From Piedraia hortae CBS 480.64 (lineage: Eukaryota): a stretch of 45,080 nt of DNA. The stretch's first letter is position 1. The number at the start of each line of letters is the position of its first letter. Position numbers and translations under genes: made by a program. Below the pieces are notes generated by a model that worked only from the letters and a program-made list of their open reading frames with translations, made no database searches and was not told the DNA's origin. The DNA is taken from NCBI GenBank assembly GCA_010093745.1, contig MU005993.1:124001-169080 (forward strand). The letters are read 5' to 3'. This document shows positions 10,690 to 20,995 of the stretch, one piece after another.

Positions 10690-12532
10690 TCATGTTTTAT
10701 AATCGATCCAGTTGACGTTGTCGAGCGGCTGCAGGTCCTGGTCCAGCATCCAGCTGAGCGTGTCGAAGAAGTTTACGCCGTCAAAAGTGTCGTCGAGGGG
10801 GTAAGTTTGCTCGAGAACAACAGTTGGGTGCTCGACGGCCCTCTCCAGGCTCTGGTCGGCGTTGCTAACCTGTTGCCTCCATTTCCAGATGGCGTCAAAC
10901 AGCAGAGACAAACTGCCCCGGCACCGTACCTTTAGCTGCAGATGGTCATCTGTGCTTTGTGACTGGGCATTCATCCACAGCTGTGCCGTCACCTCTGCCA
11001 GTCTCTGCGGCAGGTCGTTGGGACGGATGCTCAGTCTTCTCAGCGCCGTCACGGCGTCGGCGAATAGTATGCGCGAATCAGCAGAATCGATCTGCGTTGC
11101 ATAGGAACTGTGCAGCAACTTGAACAGCGCAATCGCTGCTGCCAAGACCATCTGCTCGACGTACCGTGGTAAAAAGAAGAAGACGTCCTCGTTCAAGGTT
11201 GTGACGACCTTGAGCAGGCTGGAGGCGGAAATGTAGCAGTTTCTCAGCTCCGTGGCGTAGTTTGGCTGCGACGGTTTGCTGAAAAAGGCACACAGCCGCA
11301 GATGTAGACCGGCAGCCTTGAGGTGGATGATGTCGAATACTGTCCTGTCAGTCTTTCATTCTTCAATAACACAGGGCTCCATACTAGAATTTCCAGTGCT
11401 GATAAGCGTAATCTCCAGCTCAGCAAGTTCGCTCGCGTACATATCAATCTGGAGCGCCCTCTGCACCTCGTCCGTGTCGACAACGTGGTCTCGCTGCATG
11501 GTATACAGCGTCTTGGTGACGGTGTCGACAAACTTTTCAATCTGACATCTCCCTTGCAGCGCGGGCTTCATTTTGCTTAGATGCTGTCCATAAGAGTACC
11601 AAGCCCAGCGAGAAAGAGACGGCTGGCCTTGCCCCGTGCTGACCATTTGGGCCACGACATTTACACTTGCCCAAGTGTTTAGCCTATCGACTATATCTTC
11701 CTCTTGTACCTCAACCTGCACGCGGGAAAAGTCCTGAGCGTGGCTGGGCCGGTGAAGACCATGCTGCATTGCCAGCTGGAACATGATACCGACCAGGATC
11801 ATGGTGGGTTCCTGGCTGGTGCTGCTGCTGGGCAAGGGCCAGGTGCAGAGCAGAGCCAGGGCTTTGCATACGTGGTATACTTGTGGCACCCGCGACACTG
11901 TGCTCCAGAGCAGCTCTTCCAGCGGACGCTGCAGCTGGAAGAGTAGACCCGGCACTCCCGTGTACCGTCTCGCCGCGATGGAGATGATGGTCCAGTGCAG
12001 CAGCAGATGCAGACCATGGTAATGTCTGTAGTCGTAGTCTGGATTGAGCAATGGAAGAAAAGGGTGGTAAGAGGAGAAGTAAGTCTCATACAGCTCTCCC
12101 AGCTGTGTTTCTGTCAGGGTAATATGTTGGAGTGTTCTCACCGATGACTCTTCCTGGCAACAACTCTGGCTGAGATCGATGAGGCCTCTGCTTGCTACCG
12201 CTTCACTGCGTCCCAGAGACGAGAGACTCTCATACTGTCTCAGCTTTGTTCTCGCCTCTTCAAGTTCTCTGAGAACTTCGCCGTGCGCGGCGCGTTTTCC
12301 TTTGCGTTTGAAGCCTGTATCGATGCGACAGTCGAGTTTTGCCTTGGAGCAGCGGTCGCATGGCTTGTAGTAGTCGCCTGGTCCACTGATTACATTGCAC
12401 CGCAACTTTGCCGTTAGACGAGACACTCCTGGCGGTCAGTGTGCTGCTCACTTTTTGCTGTCTACATTCAGTGCACGCGCGACGTACGCCTGGTGACCGT
12501 TCGCTCGGCTTTCTCTCAAGGCCGTTGTCCAT
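10690..12532 (-). CDS. LEU3: Zn(II)2Cys6 transcription factor, Leu3/LeuB-like; exons 12532-12452, 12405-11385, 11339-10690; 583 aa (alternative ATG at 12559)
   Basis: The spliced cluster reads ACTECRQQK|LRC..PCDRCSKAKLDCRIDTGFKRKGKR, similar to Leu3 ACxECRQQK. The fungal TF middle region includes YHPFLP and AMQHGLHRPSHAQDFSR, and the C-terminus is acidic. Introns 12451-12406 and 11384-11340 are GT-AG with CTAAC/CTGAC branch sites. Orthology is judged by eye. Confidence 0.78.
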
Positions 12533-12622
12533 GTGTATACAATCTGTCCTAATCGTCATCTATCCTTGGCATCAGGTATATATCTCTGTACATGACGCCA
12601 CCATGACGGTACCTCCCCAACG

Positions 12623-13957
12623 ATGCTCCCCTGGGTTCGACGACACATCAAGTCCCACCTCTTCCTCATCATAATCGTCCTATACATCCTCTCCCTTTAC
12701 CTAAAATGCACTTTACCCCCTTACCCCGGACCTTATACGGTCGGAACAATCGATATCGAAGTCCCCATCTCCGAACCACGCCTCTTCTCAAACACGACCC
12801 TCAAGTCAACCAACCAACCCGCCTTCAAGTTGGAATCCGTCCTCTTCACCTTATTCTACCCCGCGACCGAAGACCTCACCCCACCAACGCACCACAAATG
12901 GATGACCCCCATCTCTGGCTTCGCGCGGGGGTACAGGTCATACCTCCGCCTCCCATGGATCCTCACCCCTCTCCTCACCCTAACCATCAGGTCATTCGTC
13001 AGCAGCACCCTCATCCCCGCAGGGGTCAATCTCCCCCTCCACGGCACCCGCAACCTCTACCACCCGAGCCACCAACCCCTAGAATCCTACCCCCTCCCCC
13101 CCTTCCCGGTTATCATCTTCTCCCACGGCACGTCCGCAACGCGAAGCAGCTATACCCACCTCTGCGGCTCCCTTGCCTCGAGGGGGTACATCGTCGCGGC
13201 CCTCGAACACCGCGACGGGTCCGCTCCCTACACTCTCATCCACACCAATCCCCGCTACCCAATCTTCGCGGAGCATCTCTCCCCCCCTCTAAACCCAGGG
13301 GAGGTGAAGGAAGCCCAACTAGCGTTCCGCGAAGCGGAGGTTAACGAAGTCCTCGCCCTCCTCTCACGGATCGGTTCCGGCGAAGGGGGGGACATTGCAG
13401 CGCAGAATTTCAGAGGGGAGGGACATCATCTCGCAGCATGGGAGGGGAGGGTGGGGGATTTGATCATCGCAGGCCACTCTTTCGGCGGGACGTTAGCACT
13501 CCAACTCTCCCGCCCCCCATTCGTGGGAGGGGTGGTTCTCGACCCCGGCAAGACCTCTGGACCGTTGAACGAGGACGTTACCGTCCCGATCTTGGTTGTT
13601 AATTCTGAGGCGTGGTCGAGAGACGACTCGCATTTTAAGGCTGTGAGGGGTTTGGTGCTGAAGGCGATGGATGAGGGCAGACGCTTCGCGTGGTTTCTCA
13701 CTGCAAGGGGGATGGGACATGCGAGTTTTACGGATGCGAGCGTCCTGGTCCCGAGATTGATAGAGTTTTTGAGGGGTGGGAGAGGGGGACCGCAGGGTGT
13801 GGGTGATGTGGTGGTTGCGTTTGTGAGGGGGTTGGAGGATGGGATTAGGAGAGGGGTGTTGGGGTGGGATGTAGGGCCGCCTGACGGCGAGTGGGAAGTG
13901 CATGTCGCGCCCAGTACAATGTGTCCGTATCCGGGGCTTTGTGGGGTGGAGCCTTGA
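12623..13957 (+). CDS. Platelet-activating factor acetylhydrolase-like alpha/beta hydrolase with an N-terminal membrane anchor
   Basis: Motifs GPYTVGTIDIE, LFYP, PVIIFSHG, LASRGYIVAALEHRDGS, nucleophile GHSFG, LDP and H-x-SFTD; hydrophobic N-terminal segment. Confidence 0.9.
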   Translation: MLPWVRRHIKSHLFLIIIVLYILSLYLKCTLPPYPGPYTVGTIDIEVPISEPRLFSNTTLKSTNQPAFKLESVLFTLFYPATEDLTPPTHHKWMTPISGFARGYRSYLRLPWILTPLLTLTIRSFVSSTLIPAGVNLPLHGTRNLYHPSHQPLESYPLPPFPVIIFSHGTSATRSSYTHLCGSLASRGYIVAALEHRDGSAPYTLIHTNPRYPIFAEHLSPPLNPGEVKEAQLAFREAEVNEVLALLSRIGSGEGGDIAAQNFRGEGHHLAAWEGRVGDLIIAGHSFGGTLALQLSRPPFVGGVVLDPGKTSGPLNEDVTVPILVVNSEAWSRDDSHFKAVRGLVLKAMDEGRRFAWFLTARGMGHASFTDASVLVPRLIEFLRGGRGGPQGVGDVVVAFVRGLEDGIRRGVLGWDVGPPDGEWEVHVAPSTMCPYPGLCGVEP

Positions 13958-13967
13958 GAGGGGAGGG

Positions 13968-14125
13968 GGGATGCTGGGGGAGGGATGCTGGGGGAGGGAT
14001 GCTGGGGGAGGGATGCTCCGCTAATGGGAGAGGTATGGATGCCTCTATGCTTGGGAGGGATGCTTCGCTGCTTGTGATGCTCTGCTAATGGAAGGGATGC
14101 TCCGCTACCGAGGGATGCTTCGCTA
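13968..14125 (+). repeat. G-rich 14-bp minisatellite (GGGATGCTGGGGGA x3) decaying into GGGATGCT units
   Basis: Perfect copies at 13968, 13982 and 13996. Partial copies at 14010 and several more up to about 14120. Confidence 0.85.
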
Positions 14126-14329
14126 TGGAAGAGATATCTTTATACTGCTGATATGATACCTCACCACTGACGCGACGTAGCACATACGCATCAATCATAC
14201 GGTTATCTACTCTTCAACGATACCAACGGCCAAGGGGCACGTCCAAGCGCAGGGGAAACGGCTCCTCTCAGGGTAAATATATCCGTCATCCCTGTACCTC
14301 CGTGGATACATTCACGTTCGTTATTGGAG

Positions 14330-17300
14330 ATGGCGTCGCTCGTTCGAGGTTTGTTGGTTGTTCTGTTGCTTGGTGTTGGGAACGGGCAGGGGATGGATTC
14401 AAAGGGGGTGGGATCTTTGGTTCCTACGGATGTTGGGGTTGCGACTGCGAGTATAACACTTGGGTCTGCGGGTAGGGATGGGGGAATTGTGTCTTCGACG
14501 GCGGTTGGGGTTGCGGTGCCGACTACGACGGCGATGGGGAGTGGGTCGATTGCGGGAGGAGGGGAGAAGAGTGGTGCTGGGATGGATGGTTCGATGCCTG
14601 CTACCTCAGCCAGTGTGTCGACAACCAATCCTGTTCCTTCAGCGAGTATAGCGGATGTTGTGTCGACAGGTGGGTTTGATGCTTCCCTGTCTGCAATGGG
14701 GTGGTCTCCGGAAGTCACCTCTACGGCAGCAACGAAGACATTGTCTACTGCATCCGACAGTGTATCGACTGATGCCGTTTCGTCCACGGGAACAGATAAC
14801 GTGGTGTCGACAGCTGCTGCTGAGTCGGATATCTCCACGCCTGCAACTGGTTTGGCTGGCTCAACACTGAAATCGGACAGTTCGTTCGCTCCAGCTCCCA
14901 GCTCCTTACGGCCAGATACAGCTGTGGTACCAGGAAGTTCGCTCTCTCCGACATCTGCAGGCTCATCGCCAATTTCGGACGGTTCACTTGCGCCGACGTT
15001 TGCATCCCTACCGGCAGATGCAGCTACGATACCAGGAAGCTCATTCGCCCCGACATCTGCAAGTTCGGGTGATAAATCTACTGGGACCGAGAGCGTAGCG
15101 AGTCCTACTACTGCCCTGTCGACGGCGAGTGCTGGTGACCCTGCATTTCCGAACGGTTCCGGGGCGGCTACTTCGTCGTTACCGCCTGACTCTTCAACTG
15201 GTAGCTCAGAGGCCACAGAGTCTGGGTCTTCAGTACCGACTGAGGGTGTGAGCGTTCCGGCATCTTCAGCAGTTTGTAGCGATGCTATTACGTCGTTGAG
15301 CAGCGCTGAGACTACGGGCCTGGAGACTGCGAGTTTTCCTCCCTCTCCCCCAGTTGTAAGTGCAACGCCAGCCACCTTGTCGTCGTCTGAGAGCTCTGCT
15401 ATCCCTACGACAGGCAGTTCTGGGCCTGTAGGTCCGGAAACGGCAAGCTCTTCTGCACCTCTTGTTCCAAATGAAAGTGCGAGTACAACAGATTCTTTGA
15501 CCTCATTACCATCTGACAGTTCTGTTAATTTTACGGCAAGCAGTTCGGGGACTGCAGTACCCGAAGCTCCGAGCTTTTCTGCGTTTACGGCCACCGGTGA
15601 GAGTGCGAGCGTTACAGACTTGTCAATGACGCAGAGCTCGGCCGGAGGCAGTTTCTCTCCTATTTCCTCCCGGAATGAGAGTGTGACAGCTTCGGCCTCT
15701 GCTGAAACTTCGTTGAGCAGCATTGAGAACACTCCTGTGCCCGCTCCCGAGACTTCCAGCTCTTTTGTCCCGGAGACATCTTCGGGTTCATCCGACTTTG
15801 TGGGATCTTCTGTCCCAGCTCAGAGTACTGGCATCGCCGTCCCGAGATATTTTGTGCGTTTTGCTCCTGCGACAGGCGTGAGCAGTTCTATTGCGGACGC
15901 TTCATCGACAGACTTGGGCTCTACTGCTCAGCTCACTGGTACTTCGGGAGCATTGTCAACTTCTGAGACCGTCACGTCATCTGCCTCAGTGGATGTTGGC
16001 ACTTTATCGGACACCGCCAGTGCTGTCTCAATTGCCAGTTCAAGCCCCACGAGTTTCGCTCCGTTGGCTTCAGGAAGTGATCCTGGTTCTTCGACGCTTT
16101 CAGGTTCTGGGCCCACATCAGAGGTTGCCAGGGCCATCGCTTTAGCTCTAATGTCAAGCAGCACAGAGACTGCATCTTTTGGACCGATACCTACCCCTTA
16201 TTTTTCAGCAGGAACTCAGACTGCGGAGGCAAGCAGCTCGAACACGGAATCGTCAGAATTTGTCACAGACGCCACAGCCCCATCGGCTTCAAGTTCTGCA
16301 TTCGTTGCCCACTTCTCTCCTACCAGCACTGATGCAATGCTGTCTGGTACTGCTGACCCTGCTGACTCTGGAACCGTGTCGCCTAGCTTTTCCTTCACTC
16401 CATCGCAGGCTCAGAGTATGTCAATACCCACGTTTAGCCTTGCAGAAAGTATGCCCACAGGGTCTTTGCTAACTGGAAGCACGGCTGCCTCATCTTCTGA
16501 TAGCGTACTAGCTTCGACGACAGCTTCTGCGACGGAGAGCTCATCATTATCCGCTCCTGCTTTGGCAACATCGTCGATGAGCAGTCTGGGATTCCCAGCT
16601 ACGTCTGACTCTGTGAGCACGTCGAATGTGATGAGCTTCCAGCGATCGTCTTCCACGGTTGCCGTTGTTCCTGCCAGCATAGCGAGCTCCACAGGCAGCT
16701 CATCTACTGCACCTGTATCTTCTAGTTCGGATGTCGTGCCTAGCTCTTTCACGCCTGGCCAGAGCGCATCAGACACTAGCTTCTCGTTTGCGCCTGCAAC
16801 CAGCTCAGGGGTGTCGATTACAGCATCCGCAGATGGGACACCTTCCACCAGCTCAGCAGGGACTGCCCACAGTTCTACCCTACCTGTGATGAGTTCCTCT
16901 CCGATTCCAAAATCGACGAGGATTCCTGCTGTTACATCGAGTGCTCCAGCTATAAGTCCTGAGCCCGTTTCCTCTTCTCTCAGTCTTGGCACGTCCACTG
17001 GGAGTACAGACTCGTCCCTGAGCTCGAACTCCGAATCATCACGAGTCACATTAATGAGTGCTACCTCTACAACACCACACAGATTCACGTTTTCAAGTGA
17101 CAATCCCGTCGTTGGATCAGGCTCAATGAGTTCTGCGTCTGCAGCACCACCCAGTCTGAGTTTTTCAAGTGGAGGCCTGTCACCTTCCCAAACACAGGAT
17201 TCATCCAGTCTTGCTTCAGACCAGTCGTCATTCGTGCCGACTCATTCCACGGAGCCGGCATTTTCATTTAGTCCGGCGACATCCACCTTAGAGCCGTCTC

Positions 17301-18685
17301 TCGCGCCTACCAGCCAGTCATTTTCTGGAGGCCCATTGAGTTCTCCAGCAGTATTGTTATCGACGCCGCAGCCCAGACCCACGCTTTCGCCGAGCCCAAG
17401 CAGTGTCCCTGCTACCAAGTCAGCGTCTTTCACGCCAGCATTCTCCTTTGAACCGAAGCAGTCAAGTGATTTTCCGTTGTCCAGCGAGGGAAGCGGGTCT
17501 TCTAGTGCATTGCCTTTTGCGCCAGCGACATTTACGCCGGCGTTTTCGTTTGCGCCGGCATCACCAACGCCGACGCTTTCTTCTATGCCAGGAACCTCAA
17601 AACCGGCATCTTCTACACCAGCATTTTCTTTCGAGCCAGCCTCTTCCTCTTCTGGCTTCCCAGCAGCCTCGTCTACATCCGCATCGCCAGGATCGTCCTA
17701 TCAACCAGCATTCAGCTTCCAACCCGGAACTTCAACTCCAGCGTTCTCCTTCCAGCCACCAGCAACATCCACACCAGCATTCTCATTTCAACCAGCCGGA
17801 ACATCTACTTCAGTGTCACCAGAATCGTCCCAACCAGCCTTCGGCTTCCAGCCTGGAACCTCTACACCAGCGTTCTCGTTTCAACCAGACGCAACATCCA
17901 CCCCGGCATTCTCATTCCAGCCCGACTCGTCATCTCCAGACTTCTCCTTTGCACCAGAAACCTCCACACCAGCGTTATCTTTCCAACCTGATGCAGCATC
18001 TACTCCAGCTTTCAGCTTCCAGCCTGATTCGTCAAGACCGGCCTTCTCCTTTGCGCCAGAATCCTCAACAGCAGGATTCCCCCTAGGCTCCTCACCAGCT
18101 TTTTCCTTTTCACCAGAAACATCCTCTGGCGAGTTCAGCTTCCGGCCAACCTCGGGACCAACTCCAAAATTCCACTTCCACCCATCCTCGGCAACCTCAT
18201 CAGGACCACAAATCATCTCTACGAACAAGGCGGGGCAAGTCATGTTCCTCTCACAGACACTAGCTCCTTCGAAGACTGTCACCGTTGCACACCACTCCGT
18301 CACAGACCTTGTGGTGCTCGAGGGGGATGTCGTGGTCGTGCAGAGTGGGAATCACGAGGTTACAACCATGTCGGTTCCAGGGGAGTCGTCTACTGCAAAG
18401 AGTTCAGATGGCAATCAAAATACGCAGGCTACAACAGGGACTGCTACTACGGAGACGGGAAAAGGAAAGCACAATGGAAAAGCTACACACACGAGGGAAG
18501 TCTACCCGGGCGACGAGACGGGCGAGGTCCATTTCGACATGAGCGACGGGAACTGGTTTCACGCACCAGCCAAGGAGACGGGGTATTACTTTTCCCAAGC
18601 GATGGGACGGGAGTTGCCTTCACGCGTGATGATGACGATGATAATGATGGTGGGCACGGCAGTTGGGTGTGGGTTGGTAATCTGA
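14330..18685 (+). CDS. Large secreted Ser/Thr/Ala/Pro-rich, probably GPI-anchored cell-surface protein (~1451 aa)
   Basis: Uninterrupted ORF; the ATG is at 14330 (14324 is TTG). Signal peptide MASLVRGLLVVLLLGVGNG, mucin-like body, about 17 PAFSFxP repeats and a hydrophobic C-terminus VMMTMIMMVGTAVGCGLVI. Confidence 0.85.
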   Translation: MASLVRGLLVVLLLGVGNGQGMDSKGVGSLVPTDVGVATASITLGSAGRDGGIVSSTAVGVAVPTTTAMGSGSIAGGGEKSGAGMDGSMPATSASVSTTNPVPSASIADVVSTGGFDASLSAMGWSPEVTSTAATKTLSTASDSVSTDAVSSTGTDNVVSTAAAESDISTPATGLAGSTLKSDSSFAPAPSSLRPDTAVVPGSSLSPTSAGSSPISDGSLAPTFASLPADAATIPGSSFAPTSASSGDKSTGTESVASPTTALSTASAGDPAFPNGSGAATSSLPPDSSTGSSEATESGSSVPTEGVSVPASSAVCSDAITSLSSAETTGLETASFPPSPPVVSATPATLSSSESSAIPTTGSSGPVGPETASSSAPLVPNESASTTDSLTSLPSDSSVNFTASSSGTAVPEAPSFSAFTATGESASVTDLSMTQSSAGGSFSPISSRNESVTASASAETSLSSIENTPVPAPETSSSFVPETSSGSSDFVGSSVPAQSTGIAVPRYFVRFAPATGVSSSIADASSTDLGSTAQLTGTSGALSTSETVTSSASVDVGTLSDTASAVSIASSSPTSFAPLASGSDPGSSTLSGSGPTSEVARAIALALMSSSTETASFGPIPTPYFSAGTQTAEASSSNTESSEFVTDATAPSASSSAFVAHFSPTSTDAMLSGTADPADSGTVSPSFSFTPSQAQSMSIPTFSLAESMPTGSLLTGSTAASSSDSVLASTTASATESSSLSAPALATSSMSSLGFPATSDSVSTSNVMSFQRSSSTVAVVPASIASSTGSSSTAPVSSSSDVVPSSFTPGQSASDTSFSFAPATSSGVSITASADGTPSTSSAGTAHSSTLPVMSSSPIPKSTRIPAVTSSAPAISPEPVSSSLSLGTSTGSTDSSLSSNSESSRVTLMSATSTTPHRFTFSSDNPVVGSGSMSSASAAPPSLSFSSGGLSPSQTQDSSSLASDQSSFVPTHSTEPAFSFSPATSTLEPSLAPTSQSFSGGPLSSPAVLLSTPQPRPTLSPSPSSVPATKSASFTPAFSFEPKQSSDFPLSSEGSGSSSALPFAPATFTPAFSFAPASPTPTLSSMPGTSKPASSTPAFSFEPASSSSGFPAASSTSASPGSSYQPAFSFQPGTSTPAFSFQPPATSTPAFSFQPAGTSTSVSPESSQPAFGFQPGTSTPAFSFQPDATSTPAFSFQPDSSSPDFSFAPETSTPALSFQPDAASTPAFSFQPDSSRPAFSFAPESSTAGFPLGSSPAFSFSPETSSGEFSFRPTSGPTPKFHFHPSSATSSGPQIISTNKAGQVMFLSQTLAPSKTVTVAHHSVTDLVVLEGDVVVVQSGNHEVTTMSVPGESSTAKSSDGNQNTQATTGTATTETGKGKHNGKATHTREVYPGDETGEVHFDMSDGNWFHAPAKETGYYFSQAMGRELPSRVMMTMIMMVGTAVGCGLVI

Positions 18686-19080
18686 AAGTTTTTTTTTTTT
18701 AAAGTGTATGATACCTAGTACATTTATCAAACGACGCCCAGACTCTCACTGACGTCAGGACGCCAAACCCGATTTGGCCGTGGAGTCGCGGGAAAAAAAG
18801 TTTGGTCATGTGAAACAGACAACGACGACGACAGACGTTTTCTTTTTTTCCCTTTTTTTTCCAACGACACAAGACAGACTCCACAGGGGAACATGTCAAG
18901 TGTTTTACTTTGCGTGTCAATCACAATGTCCCGACTCCTGCCATCATAAGTGGGGCTGTCTTTTTTGTTTAGCGGACCAACACGGTCCTCGATACCGACG
19001 CACACACACTTTGACAACCCATTCTCACACATACACAACAACGCGTCTGGCTTGCAACGCCGCAACGGCACATCTCGTAA

Positions 19081-19089
19081 ATATATAAA
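19081..19089 (+). promoter_or_regulatory. Candidate TATA box of the Nudix gene
   Basis: ATATATAAA about 35 bp upstream of ATG 19123. A CRE palindrome TGACGTCA lies further upstream at 18750. Confidence 0.45.
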
Positions 19090-19122
19090 CCCCTCGAAAT
19101 TCTTCTCCACGGCACAGCGGTC

Positions 19123-19682
19123 ATGAACGGAGACAGCAGTAACGCAGAGAAGCCGGCCCGGCCGATGGAGGCCCGTCAGGGCCGTGATCACCAGCGGTAC
19201 GTCTGACAGTCTTGCTACATGGATATCTACTGATATGATGTGATAGTTACGGAGAGAATGGCGAGCGCATGGTCGCTGGGGTGGTGGCGCTGTCCGCAGA
19301 CAAGACGCAGGTGCTCCTTATCCAATCGTCGGCGCGCAAGGGCTGGGTCTTGCCCAAGGGCGGGTGGGAGACGGATGAAACGACTCAGCAGGAGGCCGCA
19401 TGCCGTGAAGCCTGGGAGGAAGCCGGCATTGAATGCGAAGTGGTCAAGGACCTTGGCGAGATCAAAGAACAGCGTACTGAAGCCTTGATTCGCAAGTACG
19501 GACCCGACGCTCCCGCCGCTCTATACCGATTCTTCGAAGTTAGCGTCACCGAAGAAAAGGCCGAGTGGCCGGAAAAGCATAAGCGCAGCCGCGCCTGGAT
19601 GTCCTACTCCCAGGCCAGGGAGTGTCTTCTCAACAGGCCCGAGTTGCTGGAAGCACTGGAGCGAAGTGGAGTGGTCAGGTAG
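19123..19682 (+). CDS. DDP1: Nudix hydrolase of the diphosphoinositol-polyphosphate/Ap6A hydrolase (Ddp1/Aps1) family; exons 19123-19196 and 19247-19682; 169 aa
   Basis: MEARQGRDHQR|YGENGERMVAGVV, Nudix box WVLPKGGWETDE..AACREAWEEAG and WPEKHKRSRAW. 50-nt intron GTACGT..CTGAT..TAG. Confidence 0.92.
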
Positions 19683-19976
19683 AGAACCGCCAGCGCGTGC
19701 CGCTGAAGTATTAGGACAGTGTTAATGTCGTCTGGCTGTCTGAAGTCCATTGTCTGTGTAACCTGAACCCCTAAATAGCAGTAATAAAGAGACTGCATGA
19801 CTACAAGCAGCTGCATATTGTTCATTCTCCTATCTGCCTAGGCAATGTTTGCCCTGATTGCCAACATCAACGTCACCCACATGCCAACGGTAAGGGCAGG
19901 AACGCAACGCCACCTTCACCCGCTAACGGGGAATGCAGCGTCGCCTCTGAGAAACCGCCCGGTCAAGACGCAGGCA

Positions 19977-20928
19977 ATGGCCACATTCATGCAGACAATG
20001 TTCGTACTCTCCCCCCTCCTCGTCCCCCCCCCTCCCCCCCTTCCCCTCTTGCCGCCGGCGCTGTAGACCAAGGCGCTGGCGCTCAAGAAGACGAGCGTCG
20101 GCGCCGATCTGCGGAGCGCCTGGCACGCCCTGCTGCAGGAAGCGGCCGCGGCCTCTGCGGCAGCAGCAGCAGCCACACGGCCCAGACAGCAGACGACTAA
20201 CATTGGAACTAGCAACGCCAACGCGCGCGCGCGCCACGCCACGTCCTTTCAGCCGCAGAAGCGCGCAAAGGGCAGCAGCAGCTGGCAGCTGAAGCAGTTT
20301 GCCGAGGCCACGCTGGGCAGTGGAAGCCTCCAAAAGGTCGTCCAGCTGCCAGAGGGCGAGGACCGCGACGAATGGCTTGCCGTCAACTGTTTGTCCAGCC
20401 TCTCTACCGTCTTGAACACCAGCTAACACAGAAACAAAAGTGGTCGATTTCTACAACCAACTCAACCTCCTCTACGGAGCCATTACCGAATTCTGCTCCC
20501 CACAGTCATGTCCGGAAATGAAGGCAACGGACGAGTTTGAATACCTCTGGCACGATCCCCCAGCGTACCCGAAACCCACCCGTCTGCCTGCACCGCAATA
20601 CATCTCCAATCTCCTGTCCTTCACCTCGGCGCATTTATCCAACACGACTCTCTTCCCAACTGCACCCGGGGTTCCCTTCCCCGACGGTTTCGAGAAGACA
20701 GTACGCATGCTATTCAAGCGCCTCTACCGCATCTACGCACACATCTACTGCCACCACTACGGCGTCGTGCGGGGTCTAGGTCTAGAAGCGCACCTCAACA
20801 CCGGATTCAAGCACTACGTCCTCTTTGTTGAGGAATTCCAACTCGCGGATGAGGGTCGTGGAGGGAAGAGAGCAGAGTGGTATGGACCCCTAGGCGAACT
20901 CGTCGAGAGTATGCTTCGAAGCGATTAA
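19977..20928 (+). CDS. MOB1: Mob1 kinase co-activator (MEN/SIN); exons 19977-19999, 20213-20388, 20441-20928; 228 aa
   Basis: The spliced product reads [91 protein letters not shown]. Introns 20000-20212 (GTTCGT..CTAAC..TAG) and 20389-20440 (GTTTGT..CTAAC..AAG). Confidence 0.93.
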
Positions 20929-20995
20929 ATCATTCCAACCCCCTGAGCTTTCTCACAAAGAATTTCCCTGATATCATAAAATATCCCTACAAACA

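Noticed and set aside
12406..12451. Second branch site and acceptor (CTGAC..CAG) halfway through the LEU3 intron; also an internal GTAAGT at 22432 in the permease intron (stwintron idea)
   Set aside because: These would give 23-nt and 32-nt introns, below the 41-nt minimum seen here, and both products hit immediate stops.
14203..15732. 509-aa minus-strand ORF (also 16411-17103 and 17881-18303)
   Set aside because: These are antisense shadows of the low-complexity Ser/Thr-rich gene, with no independent motifs.
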